Part shown: positions 1 to 12,200 of the stretch, piece by piece
How the letters are laid out: each line of letters begins with the position of its first letter
How positions within the stretch are numbered: the stretch's first letter is position 1
Assembly (NCBI RefSeq): GCF_964204645.1
Contig: NC_134029.1
Span: 1,240,001-1,304,000, forward strand
DNA length: 64,000 nucleotides
Reading direction: 5' to 3'
From: Tubulanus polymorphus
Taxonomy: Eukaryota > Animalia > Nemertea
Made by a program: the position numbers and the translations under genes
The notes under the pieces: generated by a model
Told to the model about the DNA's origin: nothing
What the model saw: the letters and a program-made list of their open reading frames with translations, nothing else
Database searches by the model: none

Positions 1-1059
1 AAACCCGCTATACGTATTACCTGAAATCTAGAATTGGTGGCGATTGAAATAAATGGCTGCTACCCCCACGCCACATTTCTGTTGACTCTAGTTTATCTCG
101 GTAATCTATGTCAATATTCTCTCACTAACGATCATGACTGTTATTCAACTCAATCAATCATCGCAGTTTTATTCACTATCCAAGCAGGGCTTAACGCGTC
201 AATGCAAGGATTACTTTCAAATTTAGAACCTTTTTATTTAGTTACGTATCGCATAAATCTTTCAGCTCGCGAGACTGAGATGAATCGTTAAAGTATTCTA
301 AATTGTTTTAGTGACAAACGCCTGACTCTACTCAGTGATGGAGGTGTAAGCCACCATTCCTCGAGCCAATATCCATAGAATTAAACATAACTTTATTTCA
401 CCTCAACATAATAATGTTTAACAATGATATTATCGTGTACACAGTCGATACAATTAATATTTACTGAGTACTTCAAATTTCTGCTCATTAATTACTTATG
501 AGTTTGTTCAAAGTCTGATTTAGAAATAAACAAACGGAATTATGTGGACTTGTTTGGTTAGTCACGCGAAGTAATCTCACGGGGTTCGGATAGATTTAAC
601 TTCGTAGATACCATTGCTATGGTAACATAACGATAATTGTAAAGATTATCAGAAGAACAAACAGTGGAAATTATGGCGCAGCTCGAATTAGATTTGTAAT
701 GCTATAGGCTGGAATACGTATATTCTACTAATAAAAGCGTTTGTGATGTACAGAAATTGCATTTCTTGTTTTATGAATAAAAAGACTTAGTCTGTCAGAT
801 TGCACTATTTCAGTTGGTAAACAACAGTTGAAATGATGTTTGTTTTTACAGATAGTTCGATGAATTAAAAAAGTTTCATATTGATACAAGTTTTGAGTTT
901 GATGCGAGTTCTGCAAATGTTGTTTGTACTCAGTATTTGACGTCACGTCGTGGATACATTTTACACGGTTTTACATTCATCGCTCGCGCGCGTCTAAGAA
1001 TGATTTCTGATTAAATCACTTTTCACATTAAAACGGATTGAAATTGAAAACATATGCAA

Positions 1060-1082
1060 CTGCTGCTGCTGCTGCTGCTGCT
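1060..1082. repeat. (CTG)n microsatellite
   Basis: About 7.7 perfect CTG units. Confidence 0.9.
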
Positions 1083-3289
1083 ACCTAGAGATTTAATCCA
1101 GTGACCATAAATCATCACTGATTTAAAAAAACTGCAGTTCGTTCTGTTTTCTTCGACTTGTTGTTTTTATAGATCAAGCTCTGATAAAATCAAATACGTT
1201 CTACACAACTCTCCTTGACACGTAGATTAATCGATTGTGAAAACTCCTCGTGGTTACTGTAGTTAACGGCAGGGATTTCAATCGTATTCTTTTCTTTCAA
1301 CTCGATAATTCCCACGAAAGACCAATACACATTAATCTTGAAATTCATCGATTGAAATAGGAGTTGTTATCTCGATGAAATACTCTGTCCGTGTAAGCTG
1401 TAACGATAAAATCACACTAGAAAAACTTATAGTCTGAATACTTTACTTGTGGTAATATTTACTCAACCTTTCAATATTCCTGAAGAAAGAATAATAGTCG
1501 AAACGTCGAGTGAAATATTAGCTCGAGGAAGTTATGCTGTTCTATTGTGGGATTTCAACATACATATGAGAACATTCTTCCACCTGACATTTTTTTCCAA
1601 ATCCACAATTCCGGGAAATAACGGTACATGGTAAGACTTGTCTATTTTTGAATTCTGAGAATTTGAGCTGAGTAACTGCGACGTCAAGCTTTTCTAGGAA
1701 TTATCACACGAACAAACGTTGACCATTTGTGTTATATTTTCATCTTATAAATGACGAACTTATGAATATTTTCCGCTGTGTTCTGTAAGGAGTTCGCCAT
1801 CAGTGATCGTTTTACCATCATTCGTGCAGCACAAGATGTTGAACGATACTCTCCGTGATTATGACTGATGGACGTTTAAGCCACTCGTGTTCAGATGACG
1901 GAAAAAAAACATCTAGAACACAATCGAAAGGTTGTCATCGAACACAGGGTAATATCCGGTTAACTGTTTGACAGGGGGGGGGGGCATTTCGATCGGTCGA
2001 ATGTGACGATATACGAAGATAGCACAGTGACAGGGTTTAATCAACTGGAAAGATTAATCTGCGTCTATCGCTTGTGGCTATTCCGTAAAAAGTGATAATA
2101 CGCATGGAATAAACCGGTGTTCATGAGGGATATTGTGGTAGCACAGTCTTGACCTAAGTTCAAAGATTGTCCTTAAATCATATGTAAAACTGTCTTCAGT
2201 TGTAGATTGGCTATAGAACCGGAGTGAGAGACTGCTTTCATATTGTTCGATTGATTATAGAATCAAAATTAGTTTAGACTGCTGTTGAATATTGTTGTTA
2301 GATTGTTTATAGAACCAAAATGAGCTTTGAATGATCTTAAAATCATTACATATATATAATATTGTTTAACGAACTCAAATTAGCTCGTTTCGGCGCTGTT
2401 TCCAAACTAGGTGGCTTAACCGGAAAACAGAGAATTTAATTTTTGAAATCTATTCTTCAATTGCACAATAATTGTGCATCAGCAAACTAGACTGCTATCT
2501 GTTTTAGTGGTATCATATGGCTGTGGTCTAATATAATACCTTGTCGCTAGGATATGATATTTGCAGCTGTGAGTGGTGTGGTGTATGTAGGGGAAGCTAC
2601 TAATGGTTCTGATTTATGGTTTGATTGTCGCAAATCTCGTCGATATAAACAGATTTATGCGGTTATCATAACGAATAAGCACCTGGTTTGTTACAGCGTC
2701 TGAGAGAGCGGTCGTTTTTTTTTTCATTTTCGACCTTCAGAACTTGAGAGCATATTCTAAATACTAACAAACAAACTTCACCCAGATACTACATTCTTGA
2801 AATTCAAAAGCAGCAACTGAATTTTATTGAATGTAATCACATTACAAAATTGCACCCGCTCTCCGTTATGATATGAACAGAAAACGAACGAATTAAACAC
2901 AGTAACGTAAAGCTACACATTTCATCAGATGATGAAAAAATTCGCTCAGCCTCCCGATAATTCGTATAGTGAAGACATAAAGATCAGTAGAAGTTTTAGT
3001 GTTTCAGCGAATGGTGAATTTATCAGATTATCTGCCATTATTTCTATATCTCCGCGTACGATGTTACATCGTGAAATATGCAAACGGTTCCCGAGGGGAA
3101 AAACAGAATCAGAGTCGAATATCAGAATTTTCTTATCTTTCTTATACAGAATCATAACGAGATATGAATGATGATAAACCCTCTCTGAACGTCCGATACA
3201 CCACCCGCCCAGCAGGAGGTGATTTAGGATTTTGGTGGTGCAGAGAATATGGGCGGTTCGGGGGTTCATTTTCTAGTCCCAAGACTTTA

Positions 3290-3406
3290 CAGGATCCAGT
3301 TCCACTGTCGTGAGTTAGAGATAACACTGAGTTCAAGTTGTTAGTTTTTCAATGACTTAACTTTGTTGAGTCAAATCTTAACTCACAACTGTGGAACTGG
3401 GTCCAG
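3290..3406. mobile_element. MITE, probably PIF/Harbinger-type (family A)
   Basis: TIRs GATCCAGTTCCAC / GTGGAACTGGGTC flanked on both sides by CAG (3-bp TSD). Related copies near 8301-8396, 8960-9058, 21619-21729, 27418-27530, 35222-35383, 43739-43830 and 54560-54612. Confidence 0.75.
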
Positions 3407-4561
3407 GTGTCTCCTTTTCGGAAAAGCCTGGCGTTAGGCGTGAGTGGTGCGAGTTTGTCAGGGAGTTTACCGTAGAACTCCTGAATAAAGGATGAATGCA
3501 AAATATGATAAACGTTGATTTGCACCACTTGCACTGAACCTGAAATAATCACAGAGTCTTATCACAGCTTCAATGTGATTAAATTCCACCAGTCACGGAT
3601 AAGATTAAGGATTGAGGCAATCGACTGAATTGACAATTATTGTCTCGAAGATAAACTGCATTTTTCACTCCGTATTGAGAGGTTCTTATTTTATCTTTAC
3701 AGCGGCTCCATTATCCAGTGTGGTTATTGAACCATGACCTGACAGGTCAGCAGTATACACGCGAGGTGTCGTCGTGGTCACTCTGGGGACTTCAATTAAC
3801 GCAACAGAATTATTCACGATCATTTTAGTAGAAGTTTCGGCGGCACCCGCCGATCCGATATCAACCAAACAACAAGATTCATCTACAAACCCTCAACAGA
3901 ATTAGACTCCGCGTCGGAATCCGGCATTTTCGCGGATGCGTCGTCACGCATTGTCTCGCGAGAACTAACAGAGCATCGTTGCTTCTTGCCCACAGCTGAC
4001 TATTGTGAACAGCTCAGGATGGACCGCGTGCGCGGTGCTGCGAGATGGACTGGAAAGAGTTAATTTCACCATTAAACTCTACTACAACAACCACCTAACA
4101 TTAACGAATAAAATACCTGTAGCGCTCGCGAGCTCTCGACTCTCTGTCAGAATATTACTGATCTACCCTGGATTTATCAGTAATGGATGATCTTTTCTAT
4201 TAACGCTGTGAATTCCTACTAAGCCGCTGTTGAATGTAAGAGGCTTACTGCTGGTCGGGATTGTAACGTATTCACAAGACGATTAGGATTAAGTGTTTTG
4301 TCATCGTAAAGTAGACAGGTTCCAAATCAGAGAGAGAAAGAGTTCTAAATAGGAATGATCAACTTTATCAAGTGCGCGGCATATAGAGTCTGCAAAAACA
4401 CCGGTTCTTACAGTCATAACGCGATTAACTACAGAGGTTCACCTGACGGTGGAATGAGGGATATAATAATTTTTCCGTTGCTTGTGGTCGGTCTTTTGTA
4501 AAAATATGAATCGTATATTTACGCAGTTTCGATAAAACCGTGAGAAATAATTCCAATAAAT

Positions 4562-5770
4562 ATGGTTGAAATGAATTGTTCGCGAATTGTGAATCAATCG
4601 CAATTAATCACGGTTAACAATGAATACGCCTCGATGATGATTCCCTATCTGGTATATATAAGCGTTGTGATGGTTTTAGGTATCGCCGGTAACGCTATCG
4701 TTTTACTCGTTTACGGAACGAAGGCGAAAAAAATCACGTTGAATTATTTCGTGATAACGCTAGCGATTTTCGATCTGTTAACGTGCATCGTTTCGTTCCC
4801 GTTTAACATTCTACGCACGGCGATGCAGTTTACGTTCCCGTCTGAGGTTTTTTGTAAGATCGGATTTTTATCGCTGTATATGACTGTATCGGCCGCTTCG
4901 TTCATTCTGATATGCATCGCAGTTCATCGTTACAACAAAGTATGTCGTCCTCTGAAACGAGGCTTCGACGACAAAATGGCGAAACGGTTGTGTTACGCGT
5001 CATTTCCGGTCGGGCTCTGCGTCGCTGTACCGACTGCTCTGATATTCGGGTTGGCCACCAGGAGGGATAAAAAAACTGGAATTTGCGGTCGCGAATGCTT
5101 CATCAAAGACGAATATGAACGAACTGCTACTTTAATAGTTTTCTTCGTGATATTATGTATAATTTTCATCGGTTTGGTGGTTACAGTATCTGTGTTGTAT
5201 ATACTGGTCGGTAAGGTGGCTTACATCCGCAGAAATAACAGAAATCAACAGAATCAGATACAACTGAGGCGATATCAATTAACCACTAGCGCCGATGCGT
5301 TGGACGGTTCGAACCCCGACGTACGGGCGGCGAGTAACGGTACCAGAAACAGTTTACACCCAGCCGTCGACGTCGACGGGCGAGAAAATAATGATAATCA
5401 GTTTTTAGATTTATCGCGTGAACGAAGCCAAGATTCGAAACGTTCAGCGGCAAGTGAGGCTCCAAGCGAATACAAATCGTGGAATTCGCGTTTAATCCTG
5501 TTTAAAACTGAACGCATGTTGTTAGCAGTGACTGTCACATTTATTCTGTGTTGGTTACCGTTTTGGGTGTTCATTTCCGGTACAGTATTGAACGGTAACT
5601 TCCTGCAACCCGAAACGCCATTTCAGCACATCATCAGAAAAGTGTTCTACGAAGCGTTTTACTTTAATAACGCGATAAACCCGGTGATTTATGCCTTCAT
5701 GAACAGCGCGTTTAGAGATGATTTCAGACGGTTATCAATTCAATGGTGTCGTCGTCCACCTCGTGTTTAA
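4562..5770 (+). CDS. Intronless class A (rhodopsin-like) GPCR, peptide-receptor/CCK-receptor-like
   Basis: 402-aa ORF with 7 TM segments: GN in TM1, LAIFD in TM2, HRY in place of DRY, CWLP in TM6, NPVIY in TM7, long ICL3. Confidence 0.93.
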   Translation: MVEMNCSRIVNQSQLITVNNEYASMMIPYLVYISVVMVLGIAGNAIVLLVYGTKAKKITLNYFVITLAIFDLLTCIVSFPFNILRTAMQFTFPSEVFCKIGFLSLYMTVSAASFILICIAVHRYNKVCRPLKRGFDDKMAKRLCYASFPVGLCVAVPTALIFGLATRRDKKTGICGRECFIKDEYERTATLIVFFVILCIIFIGLVVTVSVLYILVGKVAYIRRNNRNQQNQIQLRRYQLTTSADALDGSNPDVRAASNGTRNSLHPAVDVDGRENNDNQFLDLSRERSQDSKRSAASEAPSEYKSWNSRLILFKTERMLLAVTVTFILCWLPFWVFISGTVLNGNFLQPETPFQHIIRKVFYEAFYFNNAINPVIYAFMNSAFRDDFRRLSIQWCRRPPRV

Positions 5771-6408
5771 ATCATACACACACTACATTCACAATAGCTT
5801 TTTCACATCTTTACCGAATACTTTATTTTCATCTTTAATATCTGTGTTTAACTCTTGAATATTGTAAAACCGAGAAAAATAATTGATAAGTATCATTTGA
5901 AATAGACGATTTTTGATATAAAGTTGCTCGATGATTATTTCTCTTGCTGATCGTGGCTCCTTTTTAATCGACTGTATGAGGATAAAATGCGTCACTTTAT
6001 CTCCCCACAGAACGAGGCGACTGACTGATAGTAGATTTTCATTGTGTGTGATGTTGACGTGTAACTTTTGAAGAGCGACAAAGAATCCCCAATCCTCCCA
6101 TTTCACTTACGCTAAAAAGCCATCACAAAACATCGTTTACTTCGGAGATTTTACTGAAAGTTCTCCTCTCTTCGATGTAATCGGCGTGATGTCGCCCTCT
6201 AATGTAAAACACGAGAATCATTTCAAAAGTTACAATTATTTCTTTGCGTGAAATTACGTTCCCAGATCGCGTTTATTTTCGTGACAGCGAAAAATTTATT
6301 TCGTTCCCACGGAAAAATGTTTATTTTTCACCATTTCACCTCCGGGCCTCTGTACATTCGAATACGACAATGAAATATTACAAAACGTCTCACAGAAATC
6401 CGAGCGGT

Positions 6409-7380
6409 TCATGACGAAGAAAACATCTTTTTCAAAGTGTTACGAACTTCTTTCCCGGTGAAAAGATACAGATAGAAATTCACTGAGTAGTTAAAGGCGT
6501 GTAGGGTAGACGCGTATTGATACGGGAGAACCATATATCTACCCCAGCCAGGTACCATCGATAGACTTACCACCAGTGATACCGGTAATGACGTAGCCAG
6601 GAAACAGAAACAAACGGTCAACACCATCACCGTTACTTGATTCGTGTTGGTTTTCGATTTGTTCGAGTTCATCTCGTTTCTGGTGAGCGTAAAAATGATC
6701 CCGAAAGACAGAGTTAGAAGTAGCACGGCGGGAAGATACTGTCCGATTATACCGAGGTATGTATACCACGTGTAGGCTATCGGAGCAATCCCGCATTGAT
6801 TACCGCTCATATTCATATGAGTGATTTCGATTAACAGAAACGAATACACGACGGAAACTACTCCGACCGAAACGATGATGATGACGGTCGTGATCGAGGA
6901 CGTCCAGAAACGAGGACCCGCGAACGGGAATCGTACGACGCAAAATCGTTCAGCGGCGACCAGTATGAGTAATATCGGACTCACTACGCCGCTGACTACG
7001 AAAACATATTCCTGTAATTTACAGGCGAAAGCGGACGAACTTTCGATACAAATTACGCCGTAAATATCAGCGCAAACCGTATTCACAAACATGCATAGAT
7101 GGAGACATAAGAAAGCGGTGTCGGAAACGGCCAACGATACGAAAAAACGACTGTACGACATACGTCTCATATTGGGCCGCGACATGACCGCGACCACCAG
7201 CAAGTTACCGATAAAACCTAACGACAATTCGCTGCTCGTAACGGCGTAGAAGAACCACCGAAAAACAATATCACGTGACTGTAACGGGTTGATATCTTTA
7301 ATCACGTAGAAATAGGGAAATATGACTGAAACAGTCGTCGTGGTCGAGGTATCGTTGGCACGATGCTGTTCGTCGTTCAT
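6409..7380 (-). CDS. Intronless class A GPCR, FMRFamide-receptor/srw-like orphan
   Basis: First ATG at 7380; GN, LAVSD, ERF and NYSVNFYLY motifs; 7 TM segments; distantly similar to the 22-34 kb GPCR paralogs. Confidence 0.9.
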   Translation of the reverse strand: MNDEQHRANDTSTTTTVSVIFPYFYVIKDINPLQSRDIVFRWFFYAVTSSELSLGFIGNLLVVAVMSRPNMRRMSYSRFFVSLAVSDTAFLCLHLCMFVNTVCADIYGVICIESSSAFACKLQEYVFVVSGVVSPILLILVAAERFCVVRFPFAGPRFWTSSITTVIIIVSVGVVSVVYSFLLIEITHMNMSGNQCGIAPIAYTWYTYLGIIGQYLPAVLLLTLSFGIIFTLTRNEMNSNKSKTNTNQVTVMVLTVCFCFLATSLPVSLVVSLSMVPGWGRYMVLPYQYASTLHAFNYSVNFYLYLFTGKEVRNTLKKMFSSS

Positions 7381-9249
7381 TGTTTTACAAATCAATCGTA
7401 TCTACCAGTTTAAAACAAGCCCGAAACTTTGAACGAAACGTACTTATCGGAACATGTTTTATCGAACGTGGATTGATGATTCATCCGCGGCGGTTCGCTG
7501 ATTCGCTACTGTGCTTTAACCTTTAACATCCATTAGAGGTTTTACGTAGAAACCTTTCAGAAATAAATCAAAGTGAGACTTGCTTTTGTTGAAAGCACTA
7601 TTTGAGCTCGGTAATATAGGACCATTAAAATCATTTGGAAATGTACGAAGCAACCGTCGCAAAATTACATTTCCATTTGCTGGTAAGATGAAAGATCAGC
7701 TAAACGTCGAGACAGTACTTTATAGAACTGTTATTTTTTCCATTGACTTAATTTATTTACCTGATGAAACTGCTAAGCATTGACAGAAAGCTCGCATAAC
7801 ACCAGGTAACGCGCCATTTGTTTTTGCTTATTCAACACCAGGTGTTTCCTCTTCGAATATACAAGATGAATTCGTAGGTATATTTAATATAAATTCCACG
7901 GATTTTATTGTCGGTAAAAATCCTCGGTCAAAAACTGACAAAATATTGATTTAAAATGATGGAAGCAACTAGCGAGAAAGAAAACGATGTTTAATACAAC
8001 ATAGACTCTATAGTAAAAGTCTAAGTCTCCACTTAGTTCGATCTTACAAACCACACATAGTTTTAGATAAACATTTATGATGACAATGATGACCAAAAAT
8101 TCATAAGACTATTTTATGTATTTTTCGGTTACACGTAAACTATTAACAACAAACGTGGAATGAGCCTCGATTATAATATACAGTATTCTTTAAATTATAA
8201 TTTCCAACATCTACAAAAAATCATATATTAGATATAACATAAATCCGTGATAGAATCCTATAATATATACATATAAATATTTGTTAGATGCAATCTGATA
8301 TCCAGTTCAACAGGTCTGGGTTTAGGTTTGTTTCTAGGGTCGAAACATTGAAAATGAACTAGTTTTATCTTCACTGATAACTGTGGAACGGATTCCTGAT
8401 TTACAATAAGAATTAGAGTAGATTGGTAGTAGTTCTGATTACAGATATGTTTATATTTTTCAAAGCAAGATAAATTCTATATTGCATTTTTTAACATTAA
8501 GTTTCTACATATCTTATTGCCAACGATTAGTGTTTAATCTAACAAGTATCACAAGCGATTGAAAGTGATGATTTTTGTGTGTAAATAATCGCATTTTATT
8601 GGAGCATAAAAGCATGCAGCATTTCTCATCGTCAAAAACACCTCGGATGTATTAGTATAAATATTCTACGGCATCTACAATCCCTACACATTGTACAAAA
8701 CTCTTGCCATATCAGTATTAAATTCATTAAATTACCCTTAAACACCATTCATTAACTATAATCATAACGTTTGACGTTTAAACATAGAGATAACTATATA
8801 TTTTACGAGCAGTTGTTGAAAAATACAAACACACTAATGCGAGTTGAATAATACTTAATTCGTTAATGGCAGGACTTATTACTCGAGATATGATGGAAAT
8901 AGAATATCAGGACAACTCGGCATTATTCAAATATTCCTGCTTCGCAGCAATACCAACCGGATCCATTTCCACAGTTCTGAGTTAGATTTTACTGATAAAC
9001 ATTCGGAAATTAACAAATCTTAAACTCTGCACTCCAAAAAGATAATGGCATTGGATCTGATGGCACACTCAGTTCTTACGCTTGCGAGCATGGTTAATAT
9101 ATTGATTTTGATTAAATGCAATTGAATAAATAAAAAGAAAAATCATCATTTGTATATTTATTTATATACATTTTCCTAATATAAATTCTTGTGTGTGTAT
9201 AAATATCTGTATAAATATGGGACGAATGTAATCTGATATTTCATATTAT

Positions 9250-12200
9250 TTACACCATGGAACTTTTACGTGGAACGTCCTCTGCATCAGTCGGGTTTAT
9301 AGACGGATTTACTGGTAATATAGCTGGTTCCGTGCGAGGTGGACCGGCTATATTATCGAAGCCCTGATCTGTACCTCCAGTAAACTGTGCTTGCTGTTCA
9401 TTTGGCGAAACTAAGAAAAATGAAAGACATGTGCAGGAAATGAAGAAGTGTATCGGTGCGTAACAATGCTTTGGATACAGGAACCGTATATTCACGAAAG
9501 ACCCGTAAGAACCCCATTTCGCGTTCCAATTTCAACCGCATCACTTTAGATTCTATTCAATTTTCATTAAGTTTCGATTTTTTTTCTGGGTGCTTGGATC
9601 CCTACGGAACATAGCCCCCGTTTGATTTGCAAGCATCCAGCCTTGTATGTAAGTAACTATATTGAATGTTTTTCCAAGTTTTTATAATCATATATAATCT
9701 GTATTGCATATAAACATGGCAAATGAATAATATATAGGGTATGTATGTGCCACGTAAGATTTACAGATGAAGCTCTTGCAGGAGTTTCGTGAACACGGTC
9801 CCAGGCAAACATGCAATTCAGGGGAAATATCATGCATGTTATATACGTTAAGTTTAAAGGGAAATTCAAAGTAAAGAAATGAATAAAATTAACCCATTGA
9901 ACTGTTTATTGATTATCTGAAACTAAGGAAAAAATCTTATGAGTTCATCTATCGTATAAATGAAAAAGATAACGGCCACAATGACACCGTTTGGTCTTCC
10001 ATATTTACGTGAAGTTCTAGTTACCTATATCATCCCTGGAGGCGGCCATTCCTTCTTCGACATCTTCTTTCTTCTGTAAATCAGTCATCGTTGTTTCGGT
10101 TTTATCTTCACCACTTTTTCTGTAGATACCGAATAAATATAAACCGTTAATGAAACACTCCGAGTTCGTGAGAAATGCCACTATGATAATGAAAAATAGG
10201 GCCTGCAATATTTTCCTCGAGTTTATTAATGTATAAATCCACTAGTCTCTCGACTAGTTCTGAATTGTGTTTCTCTCATTACGTTGTTGCAATGGTATTG
10301 TTGAAAATGACGACTAGGATGTAATCGAAACGGTGAATAAATTATTAGCTCGAGGAATGTAATAATATTGCTCGAGAAATTTCGCGTTTTTTTCTATTTT
10401 TCATTCTTAGCGGAACGCTTATCATGATATTTCCTTTCCTTCTTTCTTAAAAGTTTGTCAAATTAGTCCCTAGATTTAATGAACTCAGAATGAAATGCCC
10501 TTTTTCTCAGGCTTAGCTACTTTATAACGTTTACATTCATTTAACCTATAACCCATAACACCATAGGGTTGATGCATTTTCAAGCGTTTTGTCCTCAGAA
10601 GTAATAGCCTCAGTAAATTACGAGAAATTCAGCCCAATTCATTTTGGCTTCTTTCAAGTCTTACGAGGCTTTAACAATAGAATTATGATTAGAATTAATT
10701 ATCAAACAATAATTATAGGATTTTCTATCATTGTACATAAAATCACATACGATCAAAGTAATAACGTCTAAGTGTTTCTGTTTTGTGTTGGTTATTAGCA
10801 GTTGATCATTAGCATGCTAATTGCCAAAATGAGAGATACAACATTGTGCTACTAACATTGAGATCCGGTACTCGACTTTTCGAGGAAACTGGATTTTCAC
10901 AACGTGCATTCTCTATTGATTGCGTGCTGGGAGAAACACTAACATTTTGAATGTGAACGAAACAATCAATTGTATTGTCAATGTGTCCATCTGTCGTCTG
11001 TACTGTCGTCTCAGGGTCGAAATTCTGTGATCTTGCACCACCCCAGCGCATAAAACCTAGCTTCTAGGTTATAAATACGACCCCCCCACCATAAGATATA
11101 AAGGATAATTCTTTAACGAAATGATTTCTGAGTTCTCTTAAGCTCAACAATATTAGACGATGGGAACGAAGTATCTATTCCGGGACGAATTGAGTCTTTG
11201 ATACTCATTAGATTTTTGAGTTTTTCCATCGTCGTAAGTTCTCCAGCCTGATTTTCATCGACTTCGAGAGGAACTGGGTGATTACTTCCATTTGTGTCAA
11301 GGATCTTTATTTTTTAGACTAAAAACTGATTTTAAACGGAGAGATCCAAATGTCAGTATGTTTTCGTCAATTTATATACGCGTCTAATCTATTACGGAGC
11401 GAACAGGCACGAGTCACGTGGTCAACAATCGTTACGCGCGCCACCTATACTTACTGGTTCTTCATTTCTTTTTTGTGACGTAGGAAGAAAAAGATGAGAA
11501 CTCCGACAACCGCTACAACAATCAAAACGGCTATAAGTATTCCAACAATGAGTCCAGCCTCACCGGAAGTGCTACTGCCAGCCGTCAGGATGGCTAAAAT
11601 ACAAAAGTACATTCAATTTAGTACTAAAAGTGTTTATCAGAAGTTTCAAAGTTTCTGTGAAAAAACTGTATTTATTTCAACTAAGCTGACTGTTTAGATT
11701 GAACGAATAGTACTTACCCTCACAGGTGATACCAATAGCCGGAGTCCATATTGCTTGACCGTTTATCAATTCGCATCGATACTGTTGTGTATTTCCAACT
11801 GATTTGAATCCTTTATGGCATCCATTAATAGTTACTAAAGCTTGCACCGAGTAATTATTGTTGTCTTTGACGCTGTGAGGAATGTTCAATAATCCGCAGT
11901 AAGTCTCTACAAATTGAATGGCAGTAAAACGATAAGGACTCTGATTCAAAAGTGTAAAAGTTCTAGGCAAAATGCTTATGAATCCTAGCTGATGTTGTTT
12001 TGGTTCAACAGACAATCTAACAATTTAGAACCGGTCTAAGCACATTCTAACCATTCTAAAAACTGACGGAAGACCGGTCTGAACTCCTGCTCATATCGGT
12101 TCTATAGGCAAGTTTAGGATGATATGGTTCCTACAATTCCGATATATACTTACTGGGTACAATGCTTGCCTGTTGTGAATCGAATGATTCGGAATATTGT

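Noticed and set aside
1-4500. Short ORFs upstream of the first GPCR
   Set aside because: No recognizable motifs or phase-consistent exon chain; probably intergenic or UTR/intron sequence.
11160-11328. Extra cytoplasmic exon of the Mesh-like gene
   Set aside because: The TAG and CAG acceptors give immediate stops in the required phase 2; exon 10025-10119 fits cleanly.
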